Source: Syntrophales bacterium (GTDB lineage: Bacteria > Desulfobacterota > Syntrophia > Syntrophales > UBA2210). Taken from it: a stretch of 64,000 nt of DNA. Location: the NCBI GenBank assembly GCA_963662405.2, contig CAXXKT010000001.1:928001-992000 (forward strand). The letters are read 5' to 3'. Below, one piece after another: positions 10,065-19,986 of this stretch. Each line of letters starts with the position of its first letter. Within the stretch, counting starts at the first letter, position 1. The position numbers and the translations under genes are program-made. The notes beneath the pieces are model-generated. The model ran no database searches, had not been told where the DNA came from, and saw nothing but the letters and a program-made list of their open reading frames with translations.

Positions 10065-10145
10065 CTCATCCCTTCTTCCGTTTTTTCAGCTCCCGGTTCG
10101 CTCAAGAACCGCTTCTTTCATCTGCATCTTCACGAGATCACCGTA

Positions 10146-10709
10146 TCATCTGTTTTTGAAATACTGCTCGATCTCCTGCCGGTGTGCGGCGACATACCGG
10201 CAGCTCGGCTCTTCGCCGCATGCCCGACACTTCGAATCATAGATTGAATTGATGGTCCCACACCGCGGGCAGGCATAGCGATCCCGGACCTTTTCGAGCC
10301 AGGGTTCATAACCGACCGTTCTGATCTGTTCCAGATCTCGCCACAGCTCGATCCGATGGGGCATTTCAGACTGGAACTGCCTCAGGGTATTACAGGGATA
10401 TTCCGCGCATTCGACGCAGAAATCGAGCCCTCGTTCAGCGGCGCAGGAGAACATGACACAGGTCCGGCAATAGGGGCCTCTCGTGGTCGACCGACATCCG
10501 TAACACCTGACTTCCTCCTCCGGAAGCCGGTAGTGTGCCGCGATCTTCTTGAGCCGTGCCGGATCTTCCTTCGTGGCGATGAACAACGAGCACGCCTCAC
10601 AGTACAGACCGCACACGGCGGCCATCGTCTTGTCAGAATTTTCAGTATCTTGGGTCATGATGGCATCCTTCACGTCTCTCTCAATCCTCTGTGCCTTGTG
10701 CTCCCCCAC
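10146..10709 (-). CDS. DUF3795-like Cys-rich protein (start uncertain; 10658 possible)
   Basis: CGLYCEAC, CYGCR, CRTC, FCVECAEYPC and a C-terminal CPRCG...CRACG. Confidence 0.75.
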   Translation of the reverse strand: MGEHKAQRIERDVKDAIMTQDTENSDKTMAAVCGLYCEACSLFIATKEDPARLKKIAAHYRLPEEEVRCYGCRSTTRGPYCRTCVMFSCAAERGLDFCVECAEYPCNTLRQFQSEMPHRIELWRDLEQIRTVGYEPWLEKVRDRYACPRCGTINSIYDSKCRACGEEPSCRYVAAHRQEIEQYFKNR

Positions 10710-10730
10710 TCCTGATGTTTCCCTGTCCCC

Positions 10731-11750
10731 TTACTCTTTCGTACCCGTGATCACGGACCGGTCGGCCGCCACATCGGTCACTTCGATGCGGGTAAAACCC
10801 GCGGCGTCAAGGATATCCCCTATTTCCCTGGTCGAATAGCATCTCCCCTCCGTTGAATGCATCAGGAGGCAGGAATACTCGGCAACGGAAAGGGGACCGT
10901 CCTTGGATTCATTCAGGTGGGCATCGAAGACCGCTATTCGACCGCCGGGAGGCAGACTCTTAAAGGAATGTGCCGTTAACCGTTCCACGGAAGTCCAATC
11001 CCAGTCGTGAAAGGCGTTGGCAAAGAGATGCATATCATATCCACCGGGAATCGCTTCAAACATATTGCCGGCGATGACGGACACGCGGGACGACATGCCT
11101 TTCGCTTCGATCGCCCGTCTCGTGGCACGGTCCACGGGCGGGAGCTCAAGGACGGCGGCTTCAAGATCACGGTTCCGGCAGGCGATGGAACAGGCGTATA
11201 TCCCCGATCCGGCGGCGATATCCAGAAGAGCGGTGTACCGGTCGGTATCGAGTTTTTCGGCAAGCTGCCGGGCCAGAAAGGCGCCCCGGCTGTCCATGGC
11301 GGCGGTAAAGGAATCCGCAAACGTCTGATCCTCCATGCTTTTCATCCAGTCGCCACCCTCTTTCCCGCTCGACCAGCCGGCAGGCCTGCCGGTCTTCAGG
11401 ACCTCACGAAATTCCAGGCACTGCGGGCGATTCTTCAGAGAGCGATAGTACGGCACCAGGCTGTCGGGACTGTCAGTGACGAGATACATCGTCGACAGTT
11501 CGGTCAATCGATATGTGTTCTCGACCACTGCGATTAATCCCATGGCGACAAGGAGTGAAACCAGGACATCAGCCGGTCGCGCCTTGATCCCCAGTTCTTC
11601 ACGGATTTCATCGAACGTCTTGGGGCCGTTCTTCAAACACGTGAAGAAATCAAGGTATGCAATCGCGCACACCAGGAGATCAGCCGCATAGATCGAATCC
11701 CGATATCGGAGCAGGCGACTCGGGTCGGGTTGTGAAAACGCGTTTTTCAT
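10731..11750 (-). CDS. SAM-dependent O-methyltransferase with dimerisation domain
   Basis: N-terminal winged-helix region, FTAAM, LLDIAAGSG, AGNMFE, NAFHDW and LPPGG. Confidence 0.85.
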   Translation of the reverse strand: MKNAFSQPDPSRLLRYRDSIYAADLLVCAIAYLDFFTCLKNGPKTFDEIREELGIKARPADVLVSLLVAMGLIAVVENTYRLTELSTMYLVTDSPDSLVPYYRSLKNRPQCLEFREVLKTGRPAGWSSGKEGGDWMKSMEDQTFADSFTAAMDSRGAFLARQLAEKLDTDRYTALLDIAAGSGIYACSIACRNRDLEAAVLELPPVDRATRRAIEAKGMSSRVSVIAGNMFEAIPGGYDMHLFANAFHDWDWTSVERLTAHSFKSLPPGGRIAVFDAHLNESKDGPLSVAEYSCLLMHSTEGRCYSTREIGDILDAAGFTRIEVTDVAADRSVITGTKE

Positions 11751-11808
11751 GTATCGGCTCCTCCAGCTCCCTCTTGGCGGGATTTATGGCCACCTCCCTT
11801 TTCCCTGA

Positions 11809-12324
11809 TCAGCGTGTGGCCGAACGAGCGCCCCTGCCTCCGGCAAGGAGAAGGAGCAGGAAACACAGGGTATAGAATACGGCAAATGATCGGTGCATCG
11901 GGATATTCCATGCAACAAAGAACTGCCTGACCGCTTCATCCGCCATCCCCGTGGCCACCGCCGTTTCGGCCCCGGCGAAACCGGAGGCAAAGAAGACGGA
12001 ACCCACCCAGAACGAGGACAGACCGGCGATCAAGGCGACGACCCGGTCCTTTTTCACCACGAAGCAGAAGATGGCCCAGATGGTTCCGGTTACGAGCGAG
12101 GCCCACAGGAACAGGTTATAGTGGACATTGGCGTGTGTCGCCTCTCTGAAAACAGAAAAGGTGTCGGCAAACACCTGGTAGTTTCCCGATTCGATCAGCC
12201 AGGTGAAATAGCGTCCCAGCATGACGCTGTGGGATACCAGAAACCCCGCCAGAATCCCCGTCAACAGCGTGATGATGAGCCACAAGATCCAGTGGATACG
12301 ACGAATGATTGTCCCCTCAGCCAT
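11809..12324 (-). CDS. Hypothetical membrane protein (about 4 TM)
   Basis: Four hydrophobic helices; co-oriented with neighbours; RBS-like GGGGGA upstream. Confidence 0.65.
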   Translation of the reverse strand: MAEGTIIRRIHWILWLIITLLTGILAGFLVSHSVMLGRYFTWLIESGNYQVFADTFSVFREATHANVHYNLFLWASLVTGTIWAIFCFVVKKDRVVALIAGLSSFWVGSVFFASGFAGAETAVATGMADEAVRQFFVAWNIPMHRSFAVFYTLCFLLLLLAGGRGARSATR

Positions 12325-12371
12325 AGCACATCCCCCCGTTTTTTCTGCTGTATCCGCTCGGGAAGCGGTGT

Positions 12372-13208
12372 TCAGTACGTGAGCGTCAGGCCGACCCCCA
12401 CTTCCCGGAGATCGACCACCTGTGCCAGCGCCATTTTGGAGTTCAGATCCGTGCAGTGGCAGGCGTGGACCGATTCGGGGCGCAGAGATTTCATATACCT
12501 GACGGTCCCTTCCAACTGCTCCGGCGGAGGTTCCAGCAGATGGAACCCGCCAATGATGTCAACGATCCGCTCCTCATGACAGACCTCTTTCGCGTATTCG
12601 ACGATGTTGCAGATCCCCGCATGGGAACACCCCGTGATGATGACCAGACCGGCATCAGACCGGTAGACAAGCGCCGAATCATCCATGATGAAGTCGTCCC
12701 GTTCGCCTTCTTCATCCCGGATCGTTCCCATCGGCTTTTGGGCCTCGAAGGAATTATTCCTCTCAATCTCCCCCAGAAAGATCAGCCTTTCGGTCAGATT
12801 CACCGGCTTCCGGCTCAATTGGACATCGAAAAAGCCGGAAAGCTTCTCTTCCGAGAGGAGGGAGCCGATCTCAGGCAGGTTATCAAGCCTTCTGCTCGCC
12901 AGCGCCAGCGGGTGCGCGATCAGCCGCGGTCTTTTAACGGGAAGATCCTCAATCATCCCTTCCAGATAGAGCCGGACCAGCGGATCCAGCCCCCAGGTGT
13001 GGTCCAGATGGCCGTGGGACAGGACGACATCGTCCACATCCATGAGCTCAACGGACATCTTGCGGGCATTGGTGATGAATGCGTCGGAATACCCCACATC
13101 GAACAGGATCTTCCTGTCTCCATCCTCAATGAGGTACGATACCCCCGGCTCGGCAAGAAAATACCGGTCGATGAGGGCGTTGTTATCGACAAGCACGGTC
13201 AGTTGCAT
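12372..13208 (-). CDS. MBL-fold metallo-hydrolase
   Basis: LTVLVDN, ILFDVG, LSHGHLDHTWG, ITGCSHAGI, IIGGFHL and CHCT. Confidence 0.88.
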   Translation of the reverse strand: MQLTVLVDNNALIDRYFLAEPGVSYLIEDGDRKILFDVGYSDAFITNARKMSVELMDVDDVVLSHGHLDHTWGLDPLVRLYLEGMIEDLPVKRPRLIAHPLALASRRLDNLPEIGSLLSEEKLSGFFDVQLSRKPVNLTERLIFLGEIERNNSFEAQKPMGTIRDEEGERDDFIMDDSALVYRSDAGLVIITGCSHAGICNIVEYAKEVCHEERIVDIIGGFHLLEPPPEQLEGTVRYMKSLRPESVHACHCTDLNSKMALAQVVDLREVGVGLTLTY

Positions 13209-13278
13209 TTCATCTTCCTCCCGAGAGACAGCATGTCTCACTTTACACCCCGCCGGTGGCGAAATCAACGGTGGCATT

Positions 13279-13302
13279 AATTGGGGACAGCGCCCATTTT
13301 TT
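13279..13302 (-). repeat. 24-bp repeat, copy A (inverted relative to copy B)
   Basis: The reverse complement of 13279-13302 is aaaaaatgggcgctgtccccaatt, identical to 15909-15932. Confidence 0.9.
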
Positions 13303-13319
13303 AGGGGCAAACGCCACGA

Positions 13320-14054
13320 TTACACAGCAGTATCGGCTAATCGCCACTCAACAAACCTCCCAAATTCCCTCAGTATTCGTGTCGCAATCGGTGTCTCCGA
13401 AACCTCATTCAACAGGCGAGAGACATCCTGCCCAACGGACATAAGTTCCTTTCGTTGTTGCTGTATATACGATCGTACAATCTCGGCTCGGTACTCGGGG
13501 TGAAACTGCACCCCCCACGCACAGTCCCCCAGGCGGACGGCATGATTGGGATCATGAGCGGCGGCCGCCAGGCGTGTTGCTCTCTGTGGTATATTTACCA
13601 CACTCTGTGAGTGTGAGATATGAACCCGGAATGATTGCGGAAACGACTGAAAGAGGGGGTCGGTAGCACACGCGGGGAGCAGGTTCACATCGACTGTGCC
13701 GAAGTGCGGCCCCCGGGGGTGAAAATCGACCTGCCCCCCCGCGGCCCGGACCAGCAGTTGATGACCATAACAGATACCGAACAGAGGGGTGCCCACCGTG
13801 AGCAGACGCTTAAGCCACCCTTCCAGCGCGACACTCCAGGGGAACCTGTCCGTTACCATGGCGTGTGATCCCATCACGACCACCCCCGCGCACTCTTTTT
13901 CAGCGGGGAGGGAAACGCCCTGCAGGACATCAACAACACTCACGCCGACATCGAGAGGCCCGAGTGCCTCTCTCGTCCACCGGTCGAAATCGCCGAACTG
14001 CTTCTTTGTCGCGGGAAACGTGCTGCCGAGCTTGATAATATACAACTGTTTCAT
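13320..14054 (-). CDS. Class I glutamine amidotransferase-like protein
   Basis: GICYGHQ nucleophile motif and WGVQFHPE. Confidence 0.88.
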   Translation of the reverse strand: MKQLYIIKLGSTFPATKKQFGDFDRWTREALGPLDVGVSVVDVLQGVSLPAEKECAGVVVMGSHAMVTDRFPWSVALEGWLKRLLTVGTPLFGICYGHQLLVRAAGGQVDFHPRGPHFGTVDVNLLPACATDPLFQSFPQSFRVHISHSQSVVNIPQRATRLAAAAHDPNHAVRLGDCAWGVQFHPEYRAEIVRSYIQQQRKELMSVGQDVSRLLNEVSETPIATRILREFGRFVEWRLADTAV

Positions 14055-14112
14055 GGCGTTCCGTCCCGACTACCAGTAACCGCCGACTCGTCCCTCACGT
14101 GGCCGTCTGTGC

Positions 14113-14592
14113 TCATGCCTGCGGGGATTGATGATCGGCAATGATCCGTTCGGCCATCGCTTCCCACCCGGGAGCATTCAAGGCATGGGGCTGCACCCGT
14201 TTCACCGCGGCGATGGCGGAAGCGGGTGATTCATCGCGGCTCATGGCCATATGATACGCTAGGAGCAGGCCGGTCCTGTCTCTCCCCCACGCGCAATGAA
14301 CGAGCACCTTCTTGCCGGTATCGAGATGCAGGCGCATGAACTCGTGTGCCTCCGGGAGCACCGATTCGCATATGACTTCGGTCTGATCGTTCGCGGGATA
14401 ATCATCGGGAATCGGGAACCAGCCAACGGCAATCCGATGCCCCTCCAACACCGCATGATCCGGCTCGGATTCCGTCAGGTTGACCACGGCGTCGAACCCC
14501 GCATGACGCAACTCCTCCAGGGACCACGGCGCGTAAGAGGGACCGGGCCTGCCCGCGAGACGATTCGGAATCAACCAGAAGACATGTTTCAT
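14113..14592 (-). CDS. Dual-specificity (Cys-based) protein phosphatase
   Basis: Catalytic CX5R loop VHCAWGRDRTG and a PIPDD acid loop. Confidence 0.88.
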   Translation of the reverse strand: MKHVFWLIPNRLAGRPGPSYAPWSLEELRHAGFDAVVNLTESEPDHAVLEGHRIAVGWFPIPDDYPANDQTEVICESVLPEAHEFMRLHLDTGKKVLVHCAWGRDRTGLLLAYHMAMSRDESPASAIAAVKRVQPHALNAPGWEAMAERIIADHQSPQA

Positions 14593-14687
14593 ACGTGTGA
14601 GCTATTGCCCCTTCACATAACCACGCCAGCCGCGTGGGGTTGGGATCAACCAGGAAACCGGTCCTCTTTTTTTCACGTACTGAGTCG

Positions 14688-15089
14688 TTACAGAATCTTT
14701 TTGCCGGCATCAGGCCCGGCTTCAACGATATACACACTCGTAATCTTACACACGATGGCCGACTTTGGATTAATCGTATCCATGATGCTGTGCATCCACT
14801 CGACATCCTGTTCAAATACCTCATCGTCGGTATGAATCGTCACATCACCCTTGATCTGGAAACCACCGGTCTTTTTGTTCCACCAACTCAGTGCTATCCG
14901 GGGATTTTCTTCCATATTCTTCAGTGTCTTACCAAAAAACTGGTCAGAGATGAGGAGCGTCTCGTCATCCAGGGACTTAACCGCACCGATAGGCACCACA
15001 TTCGGCGTACCATCTTTCGCCGCCGTCGCGAGAAACGCAAGTTGTACCGCTTTCAGACTCTCTTTAATATCCTCTGTAACTTTGACCAT
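14688..15089 (-). CDS. Pyridoxamine 5'-phosphate oxidase-like flavin-binding protein
   Basis: LATAAKDGTPNVVP, FFGKTLKNMEENPRI and GFQIKG. Confidence 0.85.
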   Translation of the reverse strand: MVKVTEDIKESLKAVQLAFLATAAKDGTPNVVPIGAVKSLDDETLLISDQFFGKTLKNMEENPRIALSWWNKKTGGFQIKGDVTIHTDDEVFEQDVEWMHSIMDTINPKSAIVCKITSVYIVEAGPDAGKKIL

Positions 15090-15209
15090 ACAATCCTCCT
15101 CTTGGAAATAAAGGGGATATCACACTCATTTCTCTGATATTTCTGAAACAAATATGATGTCCCTGGATTTACAGATTTTAAGATGTTTAAAAAAAGACGC
15201 TATCCCAAT

Positions 15210-15734
15210 TCAGGACAATATGCAAATTTCTCCTTCACATGTGCCTTTTTCATACATGAGACAGCCGGTGATTGCCGGTTGCATCGCGTATCGGACATTC
15301 AGGAATTCGAGCCAGCATTCGATCCGGTACATCACGCCGCAATTGTATCCATCGATGACGCCGTTCTGTTTCATGCCCTTGTAAGCAAAGCACTGAAAGT
15401 CTTCCCATTTCCAGCGCAGGACATTTCCGGCGGACGGGGTAAGACGCAATTGTTTAAAAACCGAATGCGGCAGGGTCAGTTCCAGACCCGCGGCCATGAA
15501 TCGCGCGAGGTCATCGAATGTCTCGAAATGGTCCCCGGCGACTCCCAAGAGTTGTTTCATCCTGCCGATCTCAATCGGCGCCAGGGATCGTATGGCCTTT
15601 TTGTTTAATTCATTGGCCTTTTCTATGCCGAATTCACGGTACGTGTTAGAAAACCACATGCCGTCATGAGTCAGCCAGTCTTTTCCCAGCACATCCCTGA
15701 TCGCTGTTTTTTCGACTTTATCGAGTACGTTCAT
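15210..15734 (-). CDS. DUF6125-like protein
   Basis: KDWLTHDGMWF...FGIEKANELN, CFAY, C..RIECW and a terminal C..C pattern. Confidence 0.65.
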   Translation of the reverse strand: MNVLDKVEKTAIRDVLGKDWLTHDGMWFSNTYREFGIEKANELNKKAIRSLAPIEIGRMKQLLGVAGDHFETFDDLARFMAAGLELTLPHSVFKQLRLTPSAGNVLRWKWEDFQCFAYKGMKQNGVIDGYNCGVMYRIECWLEFLNVRYAMQPAITGCLMYEKGTCEGEICILS

Positions 15735-15908
15735 TTGCTGATGCCTTTTATCGTTTGCGCGTAAAATCACCTCAAAAAAAACGTTGCGTAATTGTCAGAT
15801 TGACTTTGAGAAAGTATAGACCATAGGAAGAGGTTCCTATTCTTAGGCATAAATACGGGCAGTGTCGCTAGGCGTAATCCCCAATTACCCTTAATTTCCA
15901 ATATGTTG

Positions 15909-15932
15909 AAAAAATGGGCGCTGTCCCCAATT
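15909..15932 (+). repeat. 24-bp repeat, copy B
   Basis: aaaaaatgggcgctgtccccaatt; a degenerate copy ggcgtaatccccaatt lies at about 15871-15886. Confidence 0.9.
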
Positions 15933-15949
15933 TCCGCTCCGCGGTCCGA

Positions 15950-16804
15950 TCAACCAAGCTCAAAGGTCGTCACACCGAAGAGCCGGTCCAGGGGCAGTTC
16001 GGGCTGTTCCCCTCGGTACATGCGGGCCGTCTCGAAGGAAACGGTCATATGGTGCCGCTCCGCCAGTTCGATTGCCGCCGCGTTTGGTTCGGGCGTGTCC
16101 AGGAACAGGGGAGAACCCGCGGGGACATTCGCCCGGAGGGACAGAAGCAACCGTTCCGCCAGTTCCGGACTGTCCGCGAACAACGGCCCTATTTTATATC
16201 CTTCGCGGCATCTGCGGACAACACCATAGCCTGTCAATGCACGATTGCGCAGGATGCCGAGCGCCGTATGTTCGTGCTGATTGATCCAGTTCTTCAGAAA
16301 CAGCCCGCGATCGTCGGGGAAAAACGGTTTGTCGTATTCGTCTGTTGTAATGAACGGGATCGTGGATAATGAGACAATCTCTTCATCCTCAGGGTGCGGC
16401 CCGCCGCCGGTCCCCTGATACCGGATATTGCGATACGCCACGGTAAACCCGGATTTCCGGTAGTTGTCCTGTTGGGCGACCACACTGTCGAGACCGATCG
16501 TGCGGTCCTGCAGAGAGGCGAGGCCGGCATTCCATATCCCCATACCGTACTCCCTGCCTCGATACGCCGGCTTGACGATGTAAAAGCCCAGAAAGCCGAA
16601 GGCTCTGCCGTATTTTACCGCCGAAATGGTCGCGACGGGTTCATCACCGAGGAGTCCGACGAAGAACCCGTTCGGATCGGCGGCGTGAAAGCAGTGGGCG
16701 TCGCACAATCCCGGGTTCCATCCCTCCGCCGCCGCCCAGTCGACAGCGATATCCACTTCCTGCCGCGTCATGACCCTGATGGTATAGTGGTTGTCCCGCG
16801 TCAT
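15950..16804 (-). CDS. GNAT N-acetyltransferase (YitH-like two-domain type)
   Basis: WAAAEGWNPG, FLGFYIVKPAYRG, KIGPLFAD, FETARMY and FGVTTFELG. Confidence 0.88.
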   Translation of the reverse strand: MTRDNHYTIRVMTRQEVDIAVDWAAAEGWNPGLCDAHCFHAADPNGFFVGLLGDEPVATISAVKYGRAFGFLGFYIVKPAYRGREYGMGIWNAGLASLQDRTIGLDSVVAQQDNYRKSGFTVAYRNIRYQGTGGGPHPEDEEIVSLSTIPFITTDEYDKPFFPDDRGLFLKNWINQHEHTALGILRNRALTGYGVVRRCREGYKIGPLFADSPELAERLLLSLRANVPAGSPLFLDTPEPNAAAIELAERHHMTVSFETARMYRGEQPELPLDRLFGVTTFELG

Positions 16805-16808
16805 CGAA

Positions 16809-17750
16809 TTATTCCGCCTTGCCCGTTGCACTCTTATCCAGGATCACCTGCGCGGCGTAGTGCACCGGCCAGTCAATTTCTTTGTACCTGGCGGGATTTA
16901 CTTCTTTCCACTTGGGGTGTTTATTTTTCCCCAGATTATCCAGATTCTTACACACCAGACCGATAATGGTCCTGATATCCTGCACGTATCCCTTGAATCG
17001 TTCGGGCACATTCGTTTCTTCAGTGTAGTTGTATGATATCAGCACCGCGGTCGTTGCCTTTGTCCTGATATCACCTTCCTGCCACGGGTATGTGCCTTTT
17101 TCAATGATACTGTCGACATACACGCCTTCTAATTCGATCGGGACCAGTGTAATCTGTTCTGAAACATCCGCGCTCAAATCGGCAAGGACCGGGGCCGGCT
17201 TTCCGCAGGTATAGATAAAAGCATCGATATTTCCCGACCGTAACTGCCGCAAGGCTTCAGCTGGCGCATAGTTGTATTCCTGCCAGTCGAGCCCCAGTTT
17301 CTCCCGCATGACGGTTGCCGTGACCCAGCATCCGCTGTTCTGCTTGTCCATATTGACTCGTTTGCCACCCAAATCGCGGACATGATTGATATTCGAATCC
17401 TTTCTCGCTATCAGATGGATCTCCTCATCATATAACGGCAGAATCATCTTAATTTTTTCCCGTAATTGCTTGAATTTGAACGTTTCGTAATAGAGCAAGG
17501 CGTCATACTGGACAATGGCGAATTGGGTGTGTTTATCGTGGAGAACTTTTTCTATATTGCTCAATGAACCGCCCGGCGATACGTTGATATCCAGGACCCC
17601 CTGCGCGATATCGCGTATGTCCTGAGCGAACTTGATATAGGTGCCCGCCGTCGAACCACCCAGCAGGCCAATTTCCTGGGCATGGGATTGAACGAACAGA
17701 CAGAAACAACATCCAATAATGACCGCCACCTTCAACAGCGCCTTGCTCAT
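16809..17750 (-). CDS. TAXI-family solute-binding protein (orphan)
   Basis: Signal peptide, GSTAGTY, GSLSNI, AIVQYD, LYDEEIHLIAR and DLGGKRVN...SG. Confidence 0.8.
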   Translation of the reverse strand: MSKALLKVAVIIGCCFCLFVQSHAQEIGLLGGSTAGTYIKFAQDIRDIAQGVLDINVSPGGSLSNIEKVLHDKHTQFAIVQYDALLYYETFKFKQLREKIKMILPLYDEEIHLIARKDSNINHVRDLGGKRVNMDKQNSGCWVTATVMREKLGLDWQEYNYAPAEALRQLRSGNIDAFIYTCGKPAPVLADLSADVSEQITLVPIELEGVYVDSIIEKGTYPWQEGDIRTKATTAVLISYNYTEETNVPERFKGYVQDIRTIIGLVCKNLDNLGKNKHPKWKEVNPARYKEIDWPVHYAAQVILDKSATGKAE

Positions 17751-18041
17751 GGACAGACTCCCCTCTTCGGTTTTAATATCATTCTGTTTCGACGATTTAT
17801 GATCCGTGAGCGACGTGCGGCCGGAGACCACGTCCGCAAAACACTGCCCGCTTGAGATGCATTCCCGAACCAGCACGTACCATTATTTTTCCGGCATCGC
17901 AACCGACATCATCATGGCCGATGCACGATGACCGTTCCGGTTCCCATCGGTTTTCAGATGGTACGCCCCCACGATACCAGTCACAGAAACAGGCTTCGTC
18001 CTCCCCGCCCCCCGGTGTCTTTTAGATGTTATCTGTCTTTT

Positions 18042-19415
18042 TTAAGGCGTTACAAACTCAGGATAGAGTTTTTGCGCGCATTCCGGGCACAGCCCGTGGC
18101 TGAATTGGGCATCCGAGTGTGTCACGATATACGATTCGATCTGGTTCCAGTAGCCCTTGTCGTCGCGAATCTTCTTACAGGAGGCACATATCGGAAGGAG
18201 GCCGCTCAATGTCTTGATTTCCGACAGGGCCTGTTGCAGTTCTGAAATAAGCGTTTCTCGCTCCTGCTCGACCCGCCTGCGCTCGCTGATGTCGCGCACG
18301 ATGGCCCAGAGACCGGAGGGGTTTCCTGCCTCATCCCGAAGGAGAGTTGTACGTAGCTCAACCGGGAAGATCGTGCCGTCTTTGCGCCGGTATTCCTTTT
18401 CGTATATATCCGAATACCCTTTTACAAGCACCTGGTTTCCCAAGATTTCTTCTTCAAAGGCGTGCCACTTTTCGGGTGTAATATCACGGAAATTCATCTC
18501 ATGCAGTTCTTCAGGGCGGTAACCGATCATGTTCACATAGGCATCATTGAACTCCGTGATCAAACCATCCAGTCCACAGCTGGCAAAGGCATCCCGCATG
18601 CTCTGATGAAGGAGACGATATTTTGCCTCGGAATTTCGGAGGGCTTCTTCCGCCTGTTTGCGTGTGGTGATATCGCTGTATACCCCCTCGATGCCAACAA
18701 TATTTCCTTCTGTGTCGCGGGCGAACTGGATGTTTGCCGAGACAATAACAGGGTTACCGTTGTCCCTGCGTTTGAGGATGACCTCGTATTGCGTTATTAT
18801 GCCGTCTTTCTGGAGAATTTCGAACTGCTTTTGTGCTTCGCCGGGATAATAATGAAACTCGTCGGCGATGTTCAACCCGATCATTTCTTCCACGGATGAA
18901 CAGCCGAGGATCCGCGCCGCGGAGGGAGAGGTAAAAATGAGGGTTCCGTCCAGATCAACCAGGAAAAGGGCATCCTGCATGTTATCGATAAGGCTTCGGT
19001 ACCGTTCTTCGCTGTGGCGCAGTGCCTCTTCTCCCTCATGCTGCTCGGTCACATCACGAATCGTGCAGATCATGCCGTTGAAACGGTCCCCGTGTAAGAC
19101 GGGAATGAGACTCCCCGATTGATAGGTCATTGCGCCTGCAGGGGTAACAACCGGAATGGCATTAAAAAAAACGGCGGTAAGGTTTTTTTTTGCCTGTAAG
19201 TAGTAGTTCTTAAACTCTCTCACGGTGCCTTCTGAAAAATCTCTCGGCACCTCAAGACCGATAATTTGTTCCCGCGGAATGCCCGCGATTCGTGCCATGG
19301 GGGTATTGACATAAATAATTCTGTCATCCTTGTCCATCACCAGGATCCCTTCCTCTATAGCATCGAATAGATATGTATAGAAATCCGGGTGACTCAGATT
19401 TTCGCCAAGTACCAT
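18042..19415 (-). CDS. Triple-PAS sensor protein with a C-terminal Cys/His motif domain and no kinase core
   Basis: Three PAS/PAC repeats (RDVT, SDIT, RDIS) ending in LLPICASCKKIRDDKGYWNQIESYI...FSHGLCPEC. Confidence 0.82.
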   Translation of the reverse strand: MVLGENLSHPDFYTYLFDAIEEGILVMDKDDRIIYVNTPMARIAGIPREQIIGLEVPRDFSEGTVREFKNYYLQAKKNLTAVFFNAIPVVTPAGAMTYQSGSLIPVLHGDRFNGMICTIRDVTEQHEGEEALRHSEERYRSLIDNMQDALFLVDLDGTLIFTSPSAARILGCSSVEEMIGLNIADEFHYYPGEAQKQFEILQKDGIITQYEVILKRRDNGNPVIVSANIQFARDTEGNIVGIEGVYSDITTRKQAEEALRNSEAKYRLLHQSMRDAFASCGLDGLITEFNDAYVNMIGYRPEELHEMNFRDITPEKWHAFEEEILGNQVLVKGYSDIYEKEYRRKDGTIFPVELRTTLLRDEAGNPSGLWAIVRDISERRRVEQERETLISELQQALSEIKTLSGLLPICASCKKIRDDKGYWNQIESYIVTHSDAQFSHGLCPECAQKLYPEFVTP

Positions 19416-19632
19416 GATATCCTCCTCGCCAGGTATGGGGTATGACATACAACAATGACAGGTACCCCGTTCCAACAGGATACGATCAATCCGATGGTTC
19501 CGGAAACGCTCGGTTCCGACCACGAGTAATGCGCTTGTCCCTTGTGATTTTTCGCTGGAGAGAAAAACCGTTACTGAAAGAACGGCAGGTGACACTGACG
19601 GGCAACGTGGTGTTGTCCATCGTGCCGGTGAT

Positions 19633-19666
19633 GACCGGACGGACGGTCAACGCCGTCCATCCGGTC
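19633..19666 (-). terminator. Hairpin after the mop gene
   Basis: 14-bp stem gaccggatggacgg/ccgtccgtccggtc with one G-U pair on the minus strand; weak U tail. Confidence 0.45.
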
Positions 19667-19687
19667 GGTTGGGAGTCACGATGGTTG

Positions 19688-19900
19688 TCAGTCTTCCACC
19701 GCCACCATGACGTTTGTGGCCTTGATGACGGCGATAACGGACGAACCCGCCTTCAGACCCAGGTTATCGCTGGAGGTTTTGGTGATGATCGAGGTGATCT
19801 CGTCTCCTCCGGCAAGCTGGATGGTAATTTCGTTGTTGACGACGCCTTCTTTGACTGCTTTCACGGTTCCCTTCAGGGTGTTTCTCGCGCTGATCTTCAT
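19688..19900 (-). CDS. mop: Molybdate/tungstate-binding Mop (TOBE) protein
   Basis: MKISARNTLKG, SIIT..S..LGL..G and AVIKATNV. Confidence 0.92.
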   Translation of the reverse strand: MKISARNTLKGTVKAVKEGVVNNEITIQLAGGDEITSIITKTSSDNLGLKAGSSVIAVIKATNVMVAVED

Positions 19901-19986
19901 GGCTCATCTCCTTTCCGATCATGCTTTGCGGGCGGATGACAGGCCCCCCGCACGGATTTGTGTTAAGTATAACATAGTCCATTTCT

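Noticed and set aside
7764..16000. Integron cassette array
   Set aside because: The genes are cassette-like, but apart from a GTTATGT before the phosphatase gene I could not find paired attC R''/R' boxes, and there is no intI.
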